A stretch of 64,000 bases of DNA from assembly GCA_951406725.2 (NCBI GenBank), contig OX597814.1, positions 203,608,001-203,672,000 of the forward strand, given 5' to 3'. A model generated the notes under the pieces. It was not told the origin of the DNA. It saw nothing but the letters and a program-made list of their open reading frames with translations, and made no database searches. The DNA comes from Octopus vulgaris. Lineage: Eukaryota. A program made the translations under genes and the position numbers. Below are positions 37,213 to 50,945 of this stretch, piece after piece (position 1 is the first letter of the stretch; each line of letters starts with the position of its first letter).

Positions 37213-39966
37213 AGTAGAATAAGTGTTATCTGTGGTAGAGTGAGAATAATCTGCTCAGTGGATTTACTAAAGGGCTTGGTTTCAAATTTCAAGAATATTA
37301 CTGAATGTGGCAGTACTAGAAGACTGTAATAGGAATACAATGGCCAAAACTTTGTGGCTGCAACCATAAAAATGAGAATAGTAGTCTAAATATATCAGTT
37401 GATATATATATATATATATATCAAGTATGTAGTTGTAATAATTTTCTCATTCCAACAAAATCAACATTGATTTGTTGAGAAAGCACCCTAATATCAAAAG
37501 CTGACATATTCAGGAGAAATATTTGTTTCTTGTGGATGTAAAATGTAAAGAAATGTCTAAAAAAAAAAGTGGTGAAGGAATATGTGGTAAAAGAAACCAG
37601 ATATTGATTTGAGTCTATATAGTTAGAAGATAAGGTTTTTCAGAGGATATACCAAATCTAGATGAATGGAAAGCTGTAATATAGATCCTTCTAAATCCTA
37701 CTTACATGAAAAAAAAATCAATATTAAATTGACGGTGCTGCAACTTACACATATTTGTGTAATATGGTGGCAATTTGATGTGCATTCAAAGATTAAATGA
37801 ATTGCTAAGATCTGCTGGATTGAATTGTTCATATTGAGGATTGAGAATTACATGAACTGTTCTTTGTTAAAACAGTTAACATGATTAATGTGTATGTGGT
37901 GGGGTGGGGTGAGGGGTTAAATGTGAGCCAGGTAAGTGGGTTAATGGTGTGTGTCAACTAAAATAGTAAAGGGGTGAAAATTGACCTAAAATGATACAGA
38001 TATTGAGTAATAATGTTGTAATTTGAAAAAGTAATAATACTAACGTCTTTTCATCACGCCAGCTTGGAAAATTGAAAATAAATACACCAAAGCTTTGATA
38101 GACCTATTCATAAATCTCTGTAATATATTTTAAATCTTTAAATATCTATGGAATATATTGTAGCATTTAGGTGCAAGCATGGCTGTGTGGTTCAAAACTT
38201 TGCTTTGCAACCATTTGGTTTTATGTTCAGTCCAACTGCCTGGTACCTTGGGTAAGTGTCTTCTATTATACTCCCAAGCTGATCAAAGCCTTGTTAGTGG
38301 ATTTGGCAGATGGGAACTTTACAGAGTATGCTGGATGGATTTATTGTAGCACCAACACTAAAGGGGCTGCTATGTATCCTGTAGTCCTATTCCTTCTATA
38401 ATGCTCGGTGAAGTTATGTGACTGTGGAGGTGAATAAAAGAGAGAATATGAGAAAGGATGGGCAGGAGAGGGAACAAGAGTGTGATGATAGAAACAGTGA
38501 TTTGGATGAGGATGTGATATAAGGGGTGAGAGTGTGATAGACAAGGTACTTGTCAACCTGATGCTTTACAAGAAATCACTTGCTGTAGGTGCTGCAATGA
38601 GGAATTGAACCTGAAACCAATTGGATGCATAATGAACTTCTTGACCACATACCCATTTTTATATTCAATTTTCTATTATTAGAAAATACGAAACTTCAAT
38701 TATTATTCAATAATTTTTAATTTTGGGTCTTTATTTTGTGATTTTGAAGCTGAAAACAAAAATCAGGAATTTGTATATATATTTTTGTTAAATTGAAAAT
38801 ACTCATGTAACATTGAAAAATAAAAGTTTTTTTTTTATCAAATTTAAACTCTTTTGTTGAGAAGGGTAAACATAATAAAGTTTCTAGAAAGCCAGGCATA
38901 TCTTGTGTATTCTCTTTTCTCATATCTTACCTTTACTATCTTATTTCTACATGTGACTATTCTACTTCACCTTTTTTGTTAATGTTCTTTTTACATATGC
39001 ATAAGCATCGCAACCCATGATTCTCCTTCCTTTAAATTCATCATAGCTAATCATCTGTTAATAACAAGTTTGGTTTCTCAAATGGTGACCAATAGAGTCT
39101 ATTTAATACATGTGCATGAGCTAAATAATATATTGATTGATATTAAGAACTAATTTATCTTAATATTAGTGTACTTGAAGTCGTAATTTTTCTTTCTGTA
39201 CTATCAAATTTGGAAGAGTGGTATTAAATTAAGAGGATGTGTTAAATCAAAATGTCTGAAAACAAATATATAGCAGAGATGAAAATATTCAGTCTATGGC
39301 AAAGATTCACACATTTCACTTACAACACAGTAGACATTCTTGTTATGTAGAAAGGGAGTAACTTGGAATTCAGCACTGTTGTATGCAATGCAACTTAAGG
39401 GGCAGAACAGAGATGTAATGAGATATTTAAATGACTGAGAGAAAGAATCAGTATTTTTTCAGTGCACCAAATAAATGAATGCAGCTGTCAGAATGTGTAG
39501 TATGTCTTTAATGGTTATAGATTGTTGTTCACTTGAATCATAAAACCAGGCAATGTAATCAGTGTAGGGTGTAGATTCGGTTGTGGTGTGAGATAGTAAT
39601 CTTAAATATTCATCTTGGCTGGAATATGTTTTGGGATAATAAAATATTTTTGTACACTTGTTTTGACCTAGAAAGAAATGAATAAAAATTTCTAAATGGG
39701 TAATGAGAATTTGATGAATAAACTGAAAATGTACGAGCTGAGAAAATATAGACGGGAAATAATAATAGGTTGCTCAGTTATATTGTTAAAATGGAGAGAA
39801 AATTTGGTGTGTGTGTGTGTGTGTGTGTATGTATATATATATTGCCACTTTATTTTACTGAACCCTCATTTGTTGTTCATGTTGAGAGAATCCATCATAT
39901 ATATATATTGTGAGTAAATCATAAGTCTGAAAGAGAAGCACACTCTAGGTTATAGAACAGTAGAGC

Positions 39967-40127
39967 ATTTAGAGAAAGATAGTTAAGACTGGTTCATAGG
40001 GTTATGCCGAGTTTCACATCCATAAAGCCGCTGGCCATTAGGGTCTGACAAGATGTATGTAAAGCTAAGCACTTTACGGACACAAAACTTTGAGTAACCC
40101 TATGAACTGGCCATAACTATCTTTCTC

Positions 40128-40132
<5 letters not shown>
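39967..40132. mobile_element. Palindromic MITE-like element with ~60-bp inverted arms
   Basis: atttagagaaagatagtta..gttcatagggtta versus taaccctatgaac..taactatctttctctaaat. Confidence 0.7.
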
Positions 40133-40159
<27 letters not shown>

Positions 40160-40165
<6 letters not shown>

Positions 40166-40500
40166 TTTATTTGTTTCAGTCATTTGACTGTGGCCATGCT
40201 GGAGCACCACCTTCAGTTGAACAAATGGAGCACAGGACTTATTTTTTGTAAGCCTAGTACTTATTCTATCGGTCTCTTTTGCTGAACATACACACACCAG
40301 CACTAGTTGTCAAGTGATGGTGGAGGGACAAACACAGGCACACACATACACAAATATATATACGATGGGCTTTTTTTAGTTTCCGTCTACCAAATCCACT
40401 CACAAGGCTTTGGTTGGCCCAAGGCCACAGAATACACTTGCCCTAGGTGCCACGCAGTGGTTAGTAAGCAAGCTACTTATCACACATCCATTCCTGCACC
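40160..40500 (-). mobile_element. tRNA-derived SINE, same family as 23052
   Basis: Reverse complement of the 23052/50519 copies, with small deletions. Confidence 0.8.
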
Positions 40501-40512
40501 TATATATATATT

Positions 40513-41488
40513 TTGGGTCATCCCATAAATAATGCAGTTTTTTAATACTTCTTTTATTTTTCAAAATTAAGATAAACAAAGTTCTTTTTTTTTTTATCTA
40601 AAACTGCTCCAGCCTTTGGAATGTCATCCTCACTGTATATGGCCGGGCATTATCCTGATGGTAGATCACCTTTTGTCTTGAAACCAAAGATGGTCGTTTT
40701 TCTTTTAGTGCTGACTTAAGCTGCTTGCAGTAGATCTCCATTGTTATCATTTGGTTTGGGTTTGAAAGTTTAAAGTGGACTAAACCTTTCATATCCCACC
40801 AAATAGATAACAACACTTTACATGGGTGAAAACCTTTAGCCTGGGGTGCTGGTGTTTCTCCTTTCCCTGCCCACTGAATTCAGCATTTGACATTTTTATA
40901 GAGAACCCATTTCTTGTCACCAGTCACTATTTGGTCCAAAAACGGTTCATTCTGACTAGATTTGGAAAGTTTCTAAGGAACCCATTGACCCAATTTGCTG
41001 ACTTTTCCAATGGCACACAGGTGTCGATGAATGGTTGAATGACCAAATCCAAGCTTCTCTGCTACTTCTTCAACAGTTACAATAGGATTTTGTTCCACCA
41101 GGCTTTGCAGGACATCCTTGTCGAGCTCTGCAGATCTTCCAGGACAAGGCTCATGTAGCTGTAGCTTCTGGAACCTTCGTTGACACTGGCTTACACTTAT
41201 TGTCTGATCTCCATATACTGCATTAATGTTCCTCATACTTTCTGTTGCATTGTTGCCTTCATTGAGCTCATAAAGCAAAATTTGCCAAATATGCTCCTTT
41301 GTTGCTTCCATTATAGCTTTGAAAAAATAACTGTTAAAATCAAATTGCACTCTTCAAAACTTGCACTAAGAATAAGGTATAATTACTACCTGCTTTTATA
41401 GCAAGTTGATGCAGGTAGTTTATCCCGTTCCCTTCCTACTTTTAGTTCATGCAATTGAAAAATCCACATTATTTATGGGATGACCCAA
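40513..41488 (-). mobile_element. Mariner transposon with intact TIRs; transposase degenerate and C-terminally deleted
   Basis: 22-bp perfect TIR ttgggtcatcccataaataatg / cattatttatgggatgacccaa in TA context. MEATKEHI..GQWVP, LLSIWWDMKGLVHF and HQDNARPY are present; YSPDLAP is absent. Confidence 0.92.
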
Positions 41489-41561
41489 TATATATATTCA
41501 ATATCCTCTGAGAGTTTTGAAAAATATTACTATCTGTTAATATAAAACATGTTTCTCCTTT

Positions 41562-41740
41562 AATGTGTGCAACATACTTAATCAGTATATGGGAGATGAT
41601 TCATCAAATTTTAAAAGAACTTACACTAAAGATGATTATGTAAAAAGACAGAAAATATTGCATACAATCTTTACAACATTGGGTTTTATCATAAGAATAG
41701 AAAGAAATTGCTCTGATTAAACAGTTGAAACCTAAGAATA
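41562..41740 (+). mobile_element. Possible Penelope-like GIY-YIG endonuclease remnant
   Basis: NVCNILNQYMGD resembles C...YIGE and KEIALIKQLKPK resembles KEALLI..LKP.LN, in different frames. Confidence 0.35.
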
Positions 41741-44700
41741 AAATAATTTATCTAAATATTACTGTCAGTTTTGATGACCCAGGTATGTATGCTAGATATT
41801 AATTAATTTATTAAAGCAAAACAAAAGCTGGTAATAAAGCAGCAGTATTTTTCTTCTCACAATGGAAAATCTGTTTTAATTGATTTCTGTTAATGGATAT
41901 GACATTCTGCAATTTGGAAATTATAAAAAATGTGATGCTTATGTGTCTGTTAAAAAACTTGTAACATATAAGCTAGTTTCAGAACTAGCAATGAGTACAT
42001 TTGCATGCTCCTTGTTGGGCAAGATAGTGCTTGACTGTAAAATTGAGGAGTATCTTTATTTTTCTTGAAAGAACATGAACTTACTCAGTTTCAAAGCATC
42101 AGACAAAAATCTTTCCAGCATTTCTTCCAGCTCTTTACATTCTGAGTTCAAATCCTGCATAGGTTAATTTTTGCTTTCTTCCATTCATGGTCGATAAAAT
42201 AAAGTCAAGTGTCCAACCCGTGCTAGCGCGGAAAACGGACGTTAAACGATGATGATGATGATGATGATGTTGGGAACTCAAGATTGCTGACTTTGTATCT
42301 AAATTAGAAACCTTATCAGCAATGTTATTACTGAAGACAGTCTTTGTGCAGAAATAAGATGTCAATTTTTTTTTTTTTCAGTTTCTTTTTTAACTATTGG
42401 TAGGCTTTGTAAATAGGTGTTTTTCTTTGCCAGATTATATAATGAATATTGTTAAATAATACTACTTCAACTGGCTATATTTAGTTGTTATATTTTACTT
42501 GGTTTTGTAATAACAGTTAATGTAGAAACTGAATCAGAAGTGTGCAATGTAGATAGCATGGTAATAATTTACACTTTTCCTTATCCAAAAAAAGAAAAAA
42601 AGAAAAAGGAACTAATAAAAGGATTTTTGTGTATGGGGTGGAGACAAAGTGGAAATTGAATCCACATTTCTTGATAAGTGCCTGTAAATGAAAGGATTGA
42701 TTCTTGTATTCTAAATTTGGCAGCAGAAGTTTGAATAGAAAATTTTTTGTTGGACAGGACAAAAGAAGCTAGTCAGTTAATTTGAATACTCCCCCCTCCC
42801 CACAGTATTCTGGTAGATTGCCAAGAAAGATAATCACTTAGCATGAAAAAAAGAACAAAACAAATAAACCTAGATTAGCTTCTTATCTTGCATTTTACTA
42901 AATCTGATTTTATAAAATTATTATTAAAATCATTAATTTTATGTGCCATAATCAGGTAGGCACAGTAAAAAACTTTTTAAGTGTCATTCTCATGGGAAAA
43001 GAGGTTGGAGGCCATTAAATTTAAGAAGGTTGGGCTTCACAAACAAGATGGACTTTAAAATCTTTTGACTGACCAATACAATTTCTTGACTGTTAATATC
43101 TGTCTGTAACACAAGCCACAACCCTTCCCCTCATTTTACTATATTTTGTATAACTACTCCTACTTTATTCTATTTTCCAATTTCTCTTTTGTATATCAAC
43201 TTGGAAAATCTTTTGTATAAAAAGTACATGGTGGTGGTGGTAGTAGTAATGAAAGGACAGTAGTTCAGGTAAGATGGAAGTGGTTCAGGGAGTTATACCT
43301 CTGTTAGCAACAAAGGGTTTTTCTCTGCTTGCAAATAACAAGTCAGTCACATGACAGTAGATTATTAAAAGATGGAAGAATTGTGTAAACTGGAAGGAAC
43401 AATTCATTGTATGTACTACTTCAGTTTCCATGGAAAGCAGAGTAAAAGGGAATGCCACCTGCTGGGTTGTCATTGTTGTTTAGCTCCAGGTTAATAACTC
43501 TGGAGACTATAATCAAAGACATTTTAGCCATAACTAACTTGTCTTTTTAGGAGTATGTCTATGGCTACATGAGCTAGTATATCCTGATAGCCAATATATT
43601 CTTTGAGAGAGAAAGAGAGGAGAGCATGTGTGAGCAAGAAAGGGAAAGTGTATAAGAACATGATGTTATAATATTTTAAGGATTTGAGGAGGATTTGGTT
43701 GCTATTTCTAATAGATCAAGTGACTGTGTAAATGCTCCCTTGTTGCTTTGTCACTGGATAACAGTGGAAAGCCCACTGGAGTGGAACACATCAAATTAAA
43801 AAAATAGATAAAAAGATAATGTTGAAGTTAGATCTGTGGATGCTGGGCATCACTAATCAGATGATGTAGGATCAGTGAATATACTTGAGGCACAGCTGAT
43901 CTACACCAGCAGGGTTTGGATGAGGAACTATGAAAATGATTTTCCATGTCATCAGTTTTATAAAATTTGCTGCTTTGCCTCTTCCATGACAAGCACTTTG
44001 TGATGGTATATAACCTGAAAGCTAACTATCCATAGTGTTGGTCGTTAAGAAACATTTTAGGATGTGTAGCAGATCTACACAAGAGTACAGTAATATAGGT
44101 CAGTAATATTTACATACCACCTTTCACTTGTTAAATGTTATCTTAATCAGTTTTCAATATGTTAGGATTTCTACTCTGGCTAAACTAAACTAAGCTACAC
44201 ACATAGGCTTCGTATGTTGTATTTGTTTTGTTTTTCTTATAATCATTACATAATCTTATTTGACTATCAATTACAGTATAGGATCGAGCTCTATTTTTCT
44301 AGTATGCTAATTTATCAAGTTTGCTTTATGAGTTTTCCTTTGGAGAGGATGTGTTTTATTATATTTTAATTTAATTAATTGTTGTGAAATATTTGGAGAC
44401 AAATTTGATAAATGTAAATAATAATCTGAGGCCAGAATGTCATGTTCATACTGATTTTGCAATTTGATTTTTTTTTTAATTACTGAATAATGCTAGTTCA
44501 ACAGAAAACTGGAGTTTAACATTCATTTATATATTGTCTTGAATACATTATTTTAGACTGTTAATAGTTTTATTTTTAAAACAGTATTAAACTTGCTTGG
44601 AAAAGTAGTTAATCATAATTTCAACAAAATAATCTAAAAGTGTCATCCAAAGAGTTAATAGTTGTTTAAGCATGTAAGAATGTGGTGAGTGTTCTCACGA

Positions 44701-46189
44701 CTACACTCACACATTTGAATTAAGTAATTAACATAAAGTTAATTAATATTGATGTTATGCACATTATTTTATAGTAATTCACACAAGTATTTCTCTTTAA
44801 TTACATATAATATTGACATCTTTTTTAAAGCTAAAGGGTTTTTTTTTTTTTTTTTTTTAGGATAGGAACTTCTATAGAACATTTATACTATTTTCCTATT
44901 CTTAGAAGGATGAAAATACAATTAAACAATGACATGAACTCAAAACTGAGAAAAATGAAACTTACAGTAATGTATTTAACCCTTCCTTGCAATCACAGTA
45001 CTCCTCCCACTCTACTATCATTATATTGTAATATCATACTTTTGCATGCTCTCTCTTTCTTGCTCTCACAAGCTCTCATCTCTTCATTACTCCTGCATGC
45101 TCTCTCTGTCTGTCTGTCTGTCTCTCGTTCCAGCATATTCTCCTCTTGGCCTCACATACTCTTCCCTATCCCTCGATCCCACATACACTCCTCTTGCTTT
45201 CACACATTCTGCTCTTTCTTGCATTCGCATTCCCTGCTTTCTCTTTGGCTTTTACATACTCTTCCTGCTCTCTTGGTCTCATGTGCTCTCCTCTATTTTT
45301 CTCTTGAATGTTCCTCTCTCTCTCTTGCTCTTGCATGTTCTCCTCTTTCCCTTGTTCTTACATGTTCTTATCTATCTTTTGCTCACAAATGCTATCATCT
45401 GTCTTTCACTCTTCCATTCATGAAGACCACTTTGCAGTCATGTGGATCTGGGTTCAATCCACTACATTACAGCTTGGGCAATTGCCTTCTATACCCACCA
45501 GAAGACCTCTTGTGAATAGAATTTGTTTGGTAGAAACTGTAGAAGTATGTTATATGTATGTATATCTTTCACTGCTGTATTTTGGCAAAGGCTAAAACAT
45601 GAAAAAGGAAAAAAATCTAAAACAAACAAAAATGTGCTTATCGCATGAAGTCCTTTATGCTATAAGTTCTGCACTGTGTTACCGACACTCTCTTGTCATT
45701 CATCATCAGTAATGTGCTGAATTAGCAAATGGTCCTTTGGGAACCTGTAACCAAATAGATTTGTTGTTCAACAATTGATATTTAAAAATAAACAAATACT
45801 TTTCTTTTGTATTATAAAAGGGAAGAAAAAACCTTTTGATTCTCTTTTTTGTTGACATTTTCCATCCATTTTTGTGGGCAGAGATAGGGGATTTAGTTTT
45901 AGAAAATTGCATTTTATTGGAGTAATTTTTTCTTTTTTAGTTAAACCTTACTATTAAATATTTAGTTGTAAATATGGAGGGGAAATAAAAGTAAGCAGAG
46001 TGATATGTAAGGTTTGTGTCTAACTTGCAGTTAGTAGTACAGTGTTCTTGCACTCATAAAAACTCATATGTAAGGATGATTAGCATTTAAAACCGATAGG
46101 CTTTTTTTGGGAAGTATTTAGAACTGGATTTGTTTTGTTTTTATTTTATTCAATTTAATAAAACTTTTTTATGGTGTTATAGTTCTTGC

Positions 46190-47230
46190 TGGAAGGTAGT
46201 GAGCTGGCAGAAACGTTAGCATGCTGGGTGAAATGTTTAGCAATATTTTGTCTGAGTTCAAATTCCTTGAAGGTCGACTTTGCCTTTCATCCTTTTGGGG
46301 TCGATAAATTAAGTACCAGTTGCATACTGGGGTTGATCTAATTGACTGGCCTCCCTCCCCCAAAATTTCAGGCCTTGTGTCTAGACTAGAAAAGATTATA
46401 GTTCTTGCTGGAAATTTTATTCATTTGAACAGATATATTTTTTTTTCATTAGAGAATTTTTTTTATTTCTTTATAAGAAATTATTATCAAAGAAGCCTAC
46501 CAGTTATACAGGTTATTGAAAGGCTTGTGTGTCAACCAAATATTTCATCAAATATTTTATATTTATTTTCCCATGCTATATTAGGTGTTTCTTCAAGTTC
46601 CGGAAATTTTGGTAAATTATTAAAAAAAAAACTATTGTGTTGGTGCCATCTAAAAAAAGCACCCAGTACACTCTGTAACTTAGATAGCATTAGGAAGGGC
46701 ACCCGACCATAGAAACCATACTAAAACAGACAATAGGAACATGGTGCACCTCTCTGGCTTGCCTGCACCTGTCAAACCGTCCAACCAGTGCCAGCATTGA
46801 AAACGGACGTCAAATGATGATGATGATACATGCAGCAGCCATGGCAAGTAGCTAGCTTCCCAACCATGTGGTCTCAGCTTCATTCCCAGTGTGGAAACTT
46901 GGCAACTATCTTCAACTATAGCCCTGAGCCAACCAAACCCTTGTGAGTGAATTTGGTAGATGAGAACTGAAAGAAGCCTACCGTGTGTGTGTGTGTGCAT
47001 GCATTTAGTTGTGTGTAACCTTGTCTTGACATCTTGTTGTGATGGTTGTAAATGAGCATCATCATTATATGAGTGATGTCCATTTCCAATCTTCCATGAA
47101 AAACATGTATGGCCATGAGAAGCATTAGCTTATGTTGCTGACAGGAAGGGCATTTGGCTGTAGAGAATCTACTTCAACAAATTTTGTTTGTCCCCTACAA
47201 ACATGGAAGTGGACTTTAAATGATGATGAT
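46190..47230 (+). mobile_element. Three SINE/RTE-tail copies (46190-46400, 46640-46827, 46830-47230)
   Basis: Same modules as 15668, 17690 and 9712 respectively. Confidence 0.75.
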
Positions 47231-47479
47231 GGTAATAAAATGGCGATGATAGCATAAAAATGTGTAGATGTTTATTCATGTCTGCTTCCAAGCAATCCTA
47301 TTCTGACAAGGATATCATCCATAAATGAATGCAAGGAAATTTTCTGCAAAGAAGTAATGGTAATGAAAGATGTAATGAAATTAGCAAAAACGAACCAGAA
47401 GAAAATAAGTAAAAATATCTTACAACTCCATCCCAGCCATTGTAATCAGTACGTTTAGAATCCTCATTTTCTTTTTACC

Positions 47480-47900
47480 CACATTCACTCACTATTAGCA
47501 AGTGAAAAATGTAACATTAATGCCTATTTTCAGTTATTCCTTTCTCTTTCTTTATAAGCTTCTAATTTCCAATATTTGTAGTCATCATGCTTGCAGTAAC
47601 CGATAATTATTAATATACAATTGTTTTCTAAAATAATATATATTCAGTTTATTTCACGTTATACAGCTTTCAGGCCATATTCCTTTCATTTTCCACTAAC
47701 TTCTGTGAACATCTGCTGTTGTATTTTTTGTGATGCAAAAAGAGCCATTTTGTCATCAGTTCAAGACATAACTACACAAATATCTTCCATGAAAGATTGA
47801 TTCCTGACAATTTTTGTGCAGAATATTGATCATAGTATTCTTAAAATCAGATCTACTCCTTTAAGACTGTATTTCATAAACCTTGTCTTAAAATCAAATG
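47480..47900 (-). mobile_element. Highly decayed LINE RT remnant
   Basis: Minus-strand DDKMALL and QQMFTEVSGK*KEYGLK resemble YADD.ALL...LQ.ML......YGLKIN. Confidence 0.4.
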
Positions 47901-50019
47901 AATGATCTCCTGCCAAGAACATGATAAACTTGGGATAAAAACTTCAGAAATCTCTGTTTGCATTTCTCTCTCTTGCTCTCTCTCTCTCAAGGTAAAACTT
48001 TTGTAGTCTGTCCAGTTCATAACAACTTAGATAAAGTGATGGTAAATTGATGAAGACTATAATATTGAATTAAGAATTGACTTGCCAATGAAATATGTGA
48101 AGAACTGGCTTAAAACTGATTCAAGTGATAGCTTGGCTATGAAAGTGAGAATTCAGTTAGTTGAAATTAATACTTGTCATAATGACCACAGATAATAGAG
48201 TTAAATGTCATGTACAATCTTTTTAGAAAACAAACAGTAAATTAAGTTCATCTGTTTAACTATTTTTGTGTAACAGGGTTTATGTTGTAAATTTTTTTTA
48301 GAACAAATGCTAAAAGGAAACATTTGTATGTAGAAAAAAGTGGATATCAATAGATATGAATAGATACCAAAAAACGAGAGTGTTGGATTGAGTAAGACAA
48401 AGATGAAAACAACATCTATATATAAAAGCATTACGTTATATATAGATATTTGGAGATTAAAGATAGTGTAGACATTATAGTTTGGCTGAAAATGAAAGGA
48501 ACTGATTATTGAAGACATAACACAGTTCTACATACAGAAATAATGTTCTCTGGCATAGATTGTGTGAAGTTCTCTGATGGTGATAAAACAGAACAACGAT
48601 AAAGATATCTAAAATGCATGATTTTGATTTCTGAATTTTTTTTTAGTTCTGTTATGTATTGTTACTATATTTTCCTTTGATATATTACTGCTTTTATATA
48701 TCATCATCATCATCATCATACGTCCACCTTCCCTGCTGGCATGGGTGATACACACACATCACATTATTCTTCATGATGATTCACCACAATTTTTCATTTT
48801 ATGTTAATTAGTTTTTTGTTTCAGATTCCCACCAAAACCTCTTTGAAAATGATTCTAATATTGAGAAATGCACTTAGTATAAAACAAATTTTCTCTTACA
48901 TAGTACAATGGAATTTCAATGTTTTCCTGTGGCAATAAAAAAAAAGAACTTTTTTCATTTGGCCCAGACAGACATTCCCTAGGACAATGTCAAGGTTTTC
49001 AGTCATCTTCTTTTCTAATTACACATTGTGTCTGCTATGTCAAACACTTCACAAAGAACAATGAAGCTGGTATAGTCATAAATTGCTGCAACTCTGCTTC
49101 ATTCTCCCTTTTCTCTGCCTTCCTAGTATCAGTTTTCCCTCCTTTGTCTTTGTCTCTTTAATTCGCTAACAAGAATAGAATGGGAAAGAAATGTTATACT
49201 CTAAACAACTTTCATTTGTTATTACATATATTATTAAAAGATATGTATAAAAATTAATCCATGACTATATTAAAAGAATGCCTTCTCCACTCACTAAGAT
49301 TTGCTGTAAGAAAACTTTTTTTAAATGTTTAATTAGGATTTAATTCTTCATATTTTGCATTGCCATACTAGTTATTGTTTTTGAGAGTATCTCTATATAA
49401 ATCAGGTTTTTTAATGAGTGACTAATGACATGTAGGTTTTTTTAAAATCTCTTTAATAATCTATCTAATATTTTCTTTTTCACAGTCTAAAAATAATTTC
49501 AAAGTCCACAAACTTAGATATTTGAACAAAATATGTTGTTGATGTATAAATATTAATGTTTTAGTGGCCATTAGGTAACCTGACTGTCGTTCGTCCTCAT
49601 TAGAAGGTTACTGGTTCTTTTTACCAATTAATTTATCACTCCATTGTTTATTGCTTAGTCTTATGTTTAAAATTATCGTCTCACATGTAACATCTCTATT
49701 GTCGTTTTATGAAATGTATTTTATTTTAAAACAATTTTAAAATATTCTCATTTAATGAATGGCTTCCATGAAAATGTATTAGTTTCATCTTCCTGAGTAA
49801 TCTGAGGGATATATTTGATTTCTGGGCCATTATGTTGTTGGCTGCAATTACTTACCTTATTATTTAAAATGCAATAAATGTTCTTTTCTTCTAGCACATT
49901 TTCAAGTGCACTTGGTCAGTTACTTTTTAATTTTTTTTCGTTTTTTGATATTTGTTTTTCTATTATTTTGTTAAATTTCAACTTTACAATAAATTTTAAA
50001 AAATGCCAAGTAAATACTC

Positions 50020-50200
50020 TAAAACTTTTGATATCAACCCACATGAGATTGCTCTGATTCTAGGATATAAACTTTTAAAAAGTTTCTATCAAATTTTCAT
50101 GTTAGTATTCCAATAATGACAATTATTTTTCAAAAATTCCTCAATATTTTCAAAATTACTTGAAACAGGCAGTTTATATCAACAGAAATATGGCATCATT
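50020..50200. mobile_element. Decayed copy of the TTAA-type MITE at 52378-52882, opposite orientation
   Basis: The reverse complement shares aatttt.gaaaata.tga.gaattt..aaaataa..catgaaa.tttgat..gatatcaaaag. Confidence 0.55.
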
Positions 50201-50518
50201 ATTAATATGGTTTTGTTAGATTAATATCATATTTCAGATGAAGGGAATGAAAAGCAGTGCTAGCTTACAGGACATACATTTTCAGTCATCTGGTTTTGTT
50301 ATATGCAGTCCACTGAGTCAGACAAAGTTTCATCTTGGAATTCATATTAGAAGTCCAATATTTTCATTCTAGTGGAAACCTAGAATATCAAGAATGCTTC
50401 TTCAATATAGATTCTTTGAATTTTGTTTGAGCTACATTAAGCAATTTTATTGGTTCTTTTTGTTAACACTATTGGTTTGAAGATACCATTACCTGTATAC
50501 TCATTAAAAAAAAATTAT

Positions 50519-50679
50519 ATACAGGAGTGGCTGTGTGGTAAGTAGCTTGCTAACCAACCACATGGTTCCGGGTTCAGTCCCACTGCGTGGCATCTTGGGC
50601 AAGTGTCTTCTGCTATAGCCCCGGGCCGACCAATGCCTTGTGAGTGGATTTGGTAGACGGAAACTGAAACAAGCCTGTC

Positions 50680-50741
<62 letters not shown>

Positions 50742-50945
50742 GTGTTTGTCCCCCTAGCATTGCTTGACAACCGATGCTAGTGTGTTTACGTCCCTGTTAC
50801 TTAGCGGTTCGGCAAAAGAGACCGATAGAATAAGTACTAGGCTTACAAAGAATAAGTCCCGGGGTTGATTTGATCGACTAAAGGCGGTGCTCCAGCATGG
50901 CCGCAGTCAAAATGACTGAAACAAGTAAAAGAGAGAAAAGAGAGT
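50519..50945 (+). mobile_element. Young full-length tRNA-derived SINE
   Basis: A-box tggctgtgtgg, B-box ggttcagtccc, CpGs intact and an internal (TA)n expansion. Confidence 0.9.

Noticed and set aside
44910-45595. 201-aa Leu/Ser-rich ORF and overlapping ORFs
   Set aside because: A low-complexity CT-rich tract open in several frames that runs into a SINE fragment, with no domain signature.
48824-48940. Strong acceptor ttttttgtttcag
   Set aside because: All frames reach stops with no donor nearby, so it cannot be supported as a coding exon.
50238-50350. Acceptor atttcag followed by MKGMKSSASLQDIHF..
   Set aside because: The frame compatible with the phase-1 first exon stops after 8 codons, and there is no convincing donor.
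50524-50590. tRNA-like A/B boxes at SINE heads as tRNA genes
   Set aside because: There is no cloverleaf, and the boxes are continuous with multi-copy SINE bodies.
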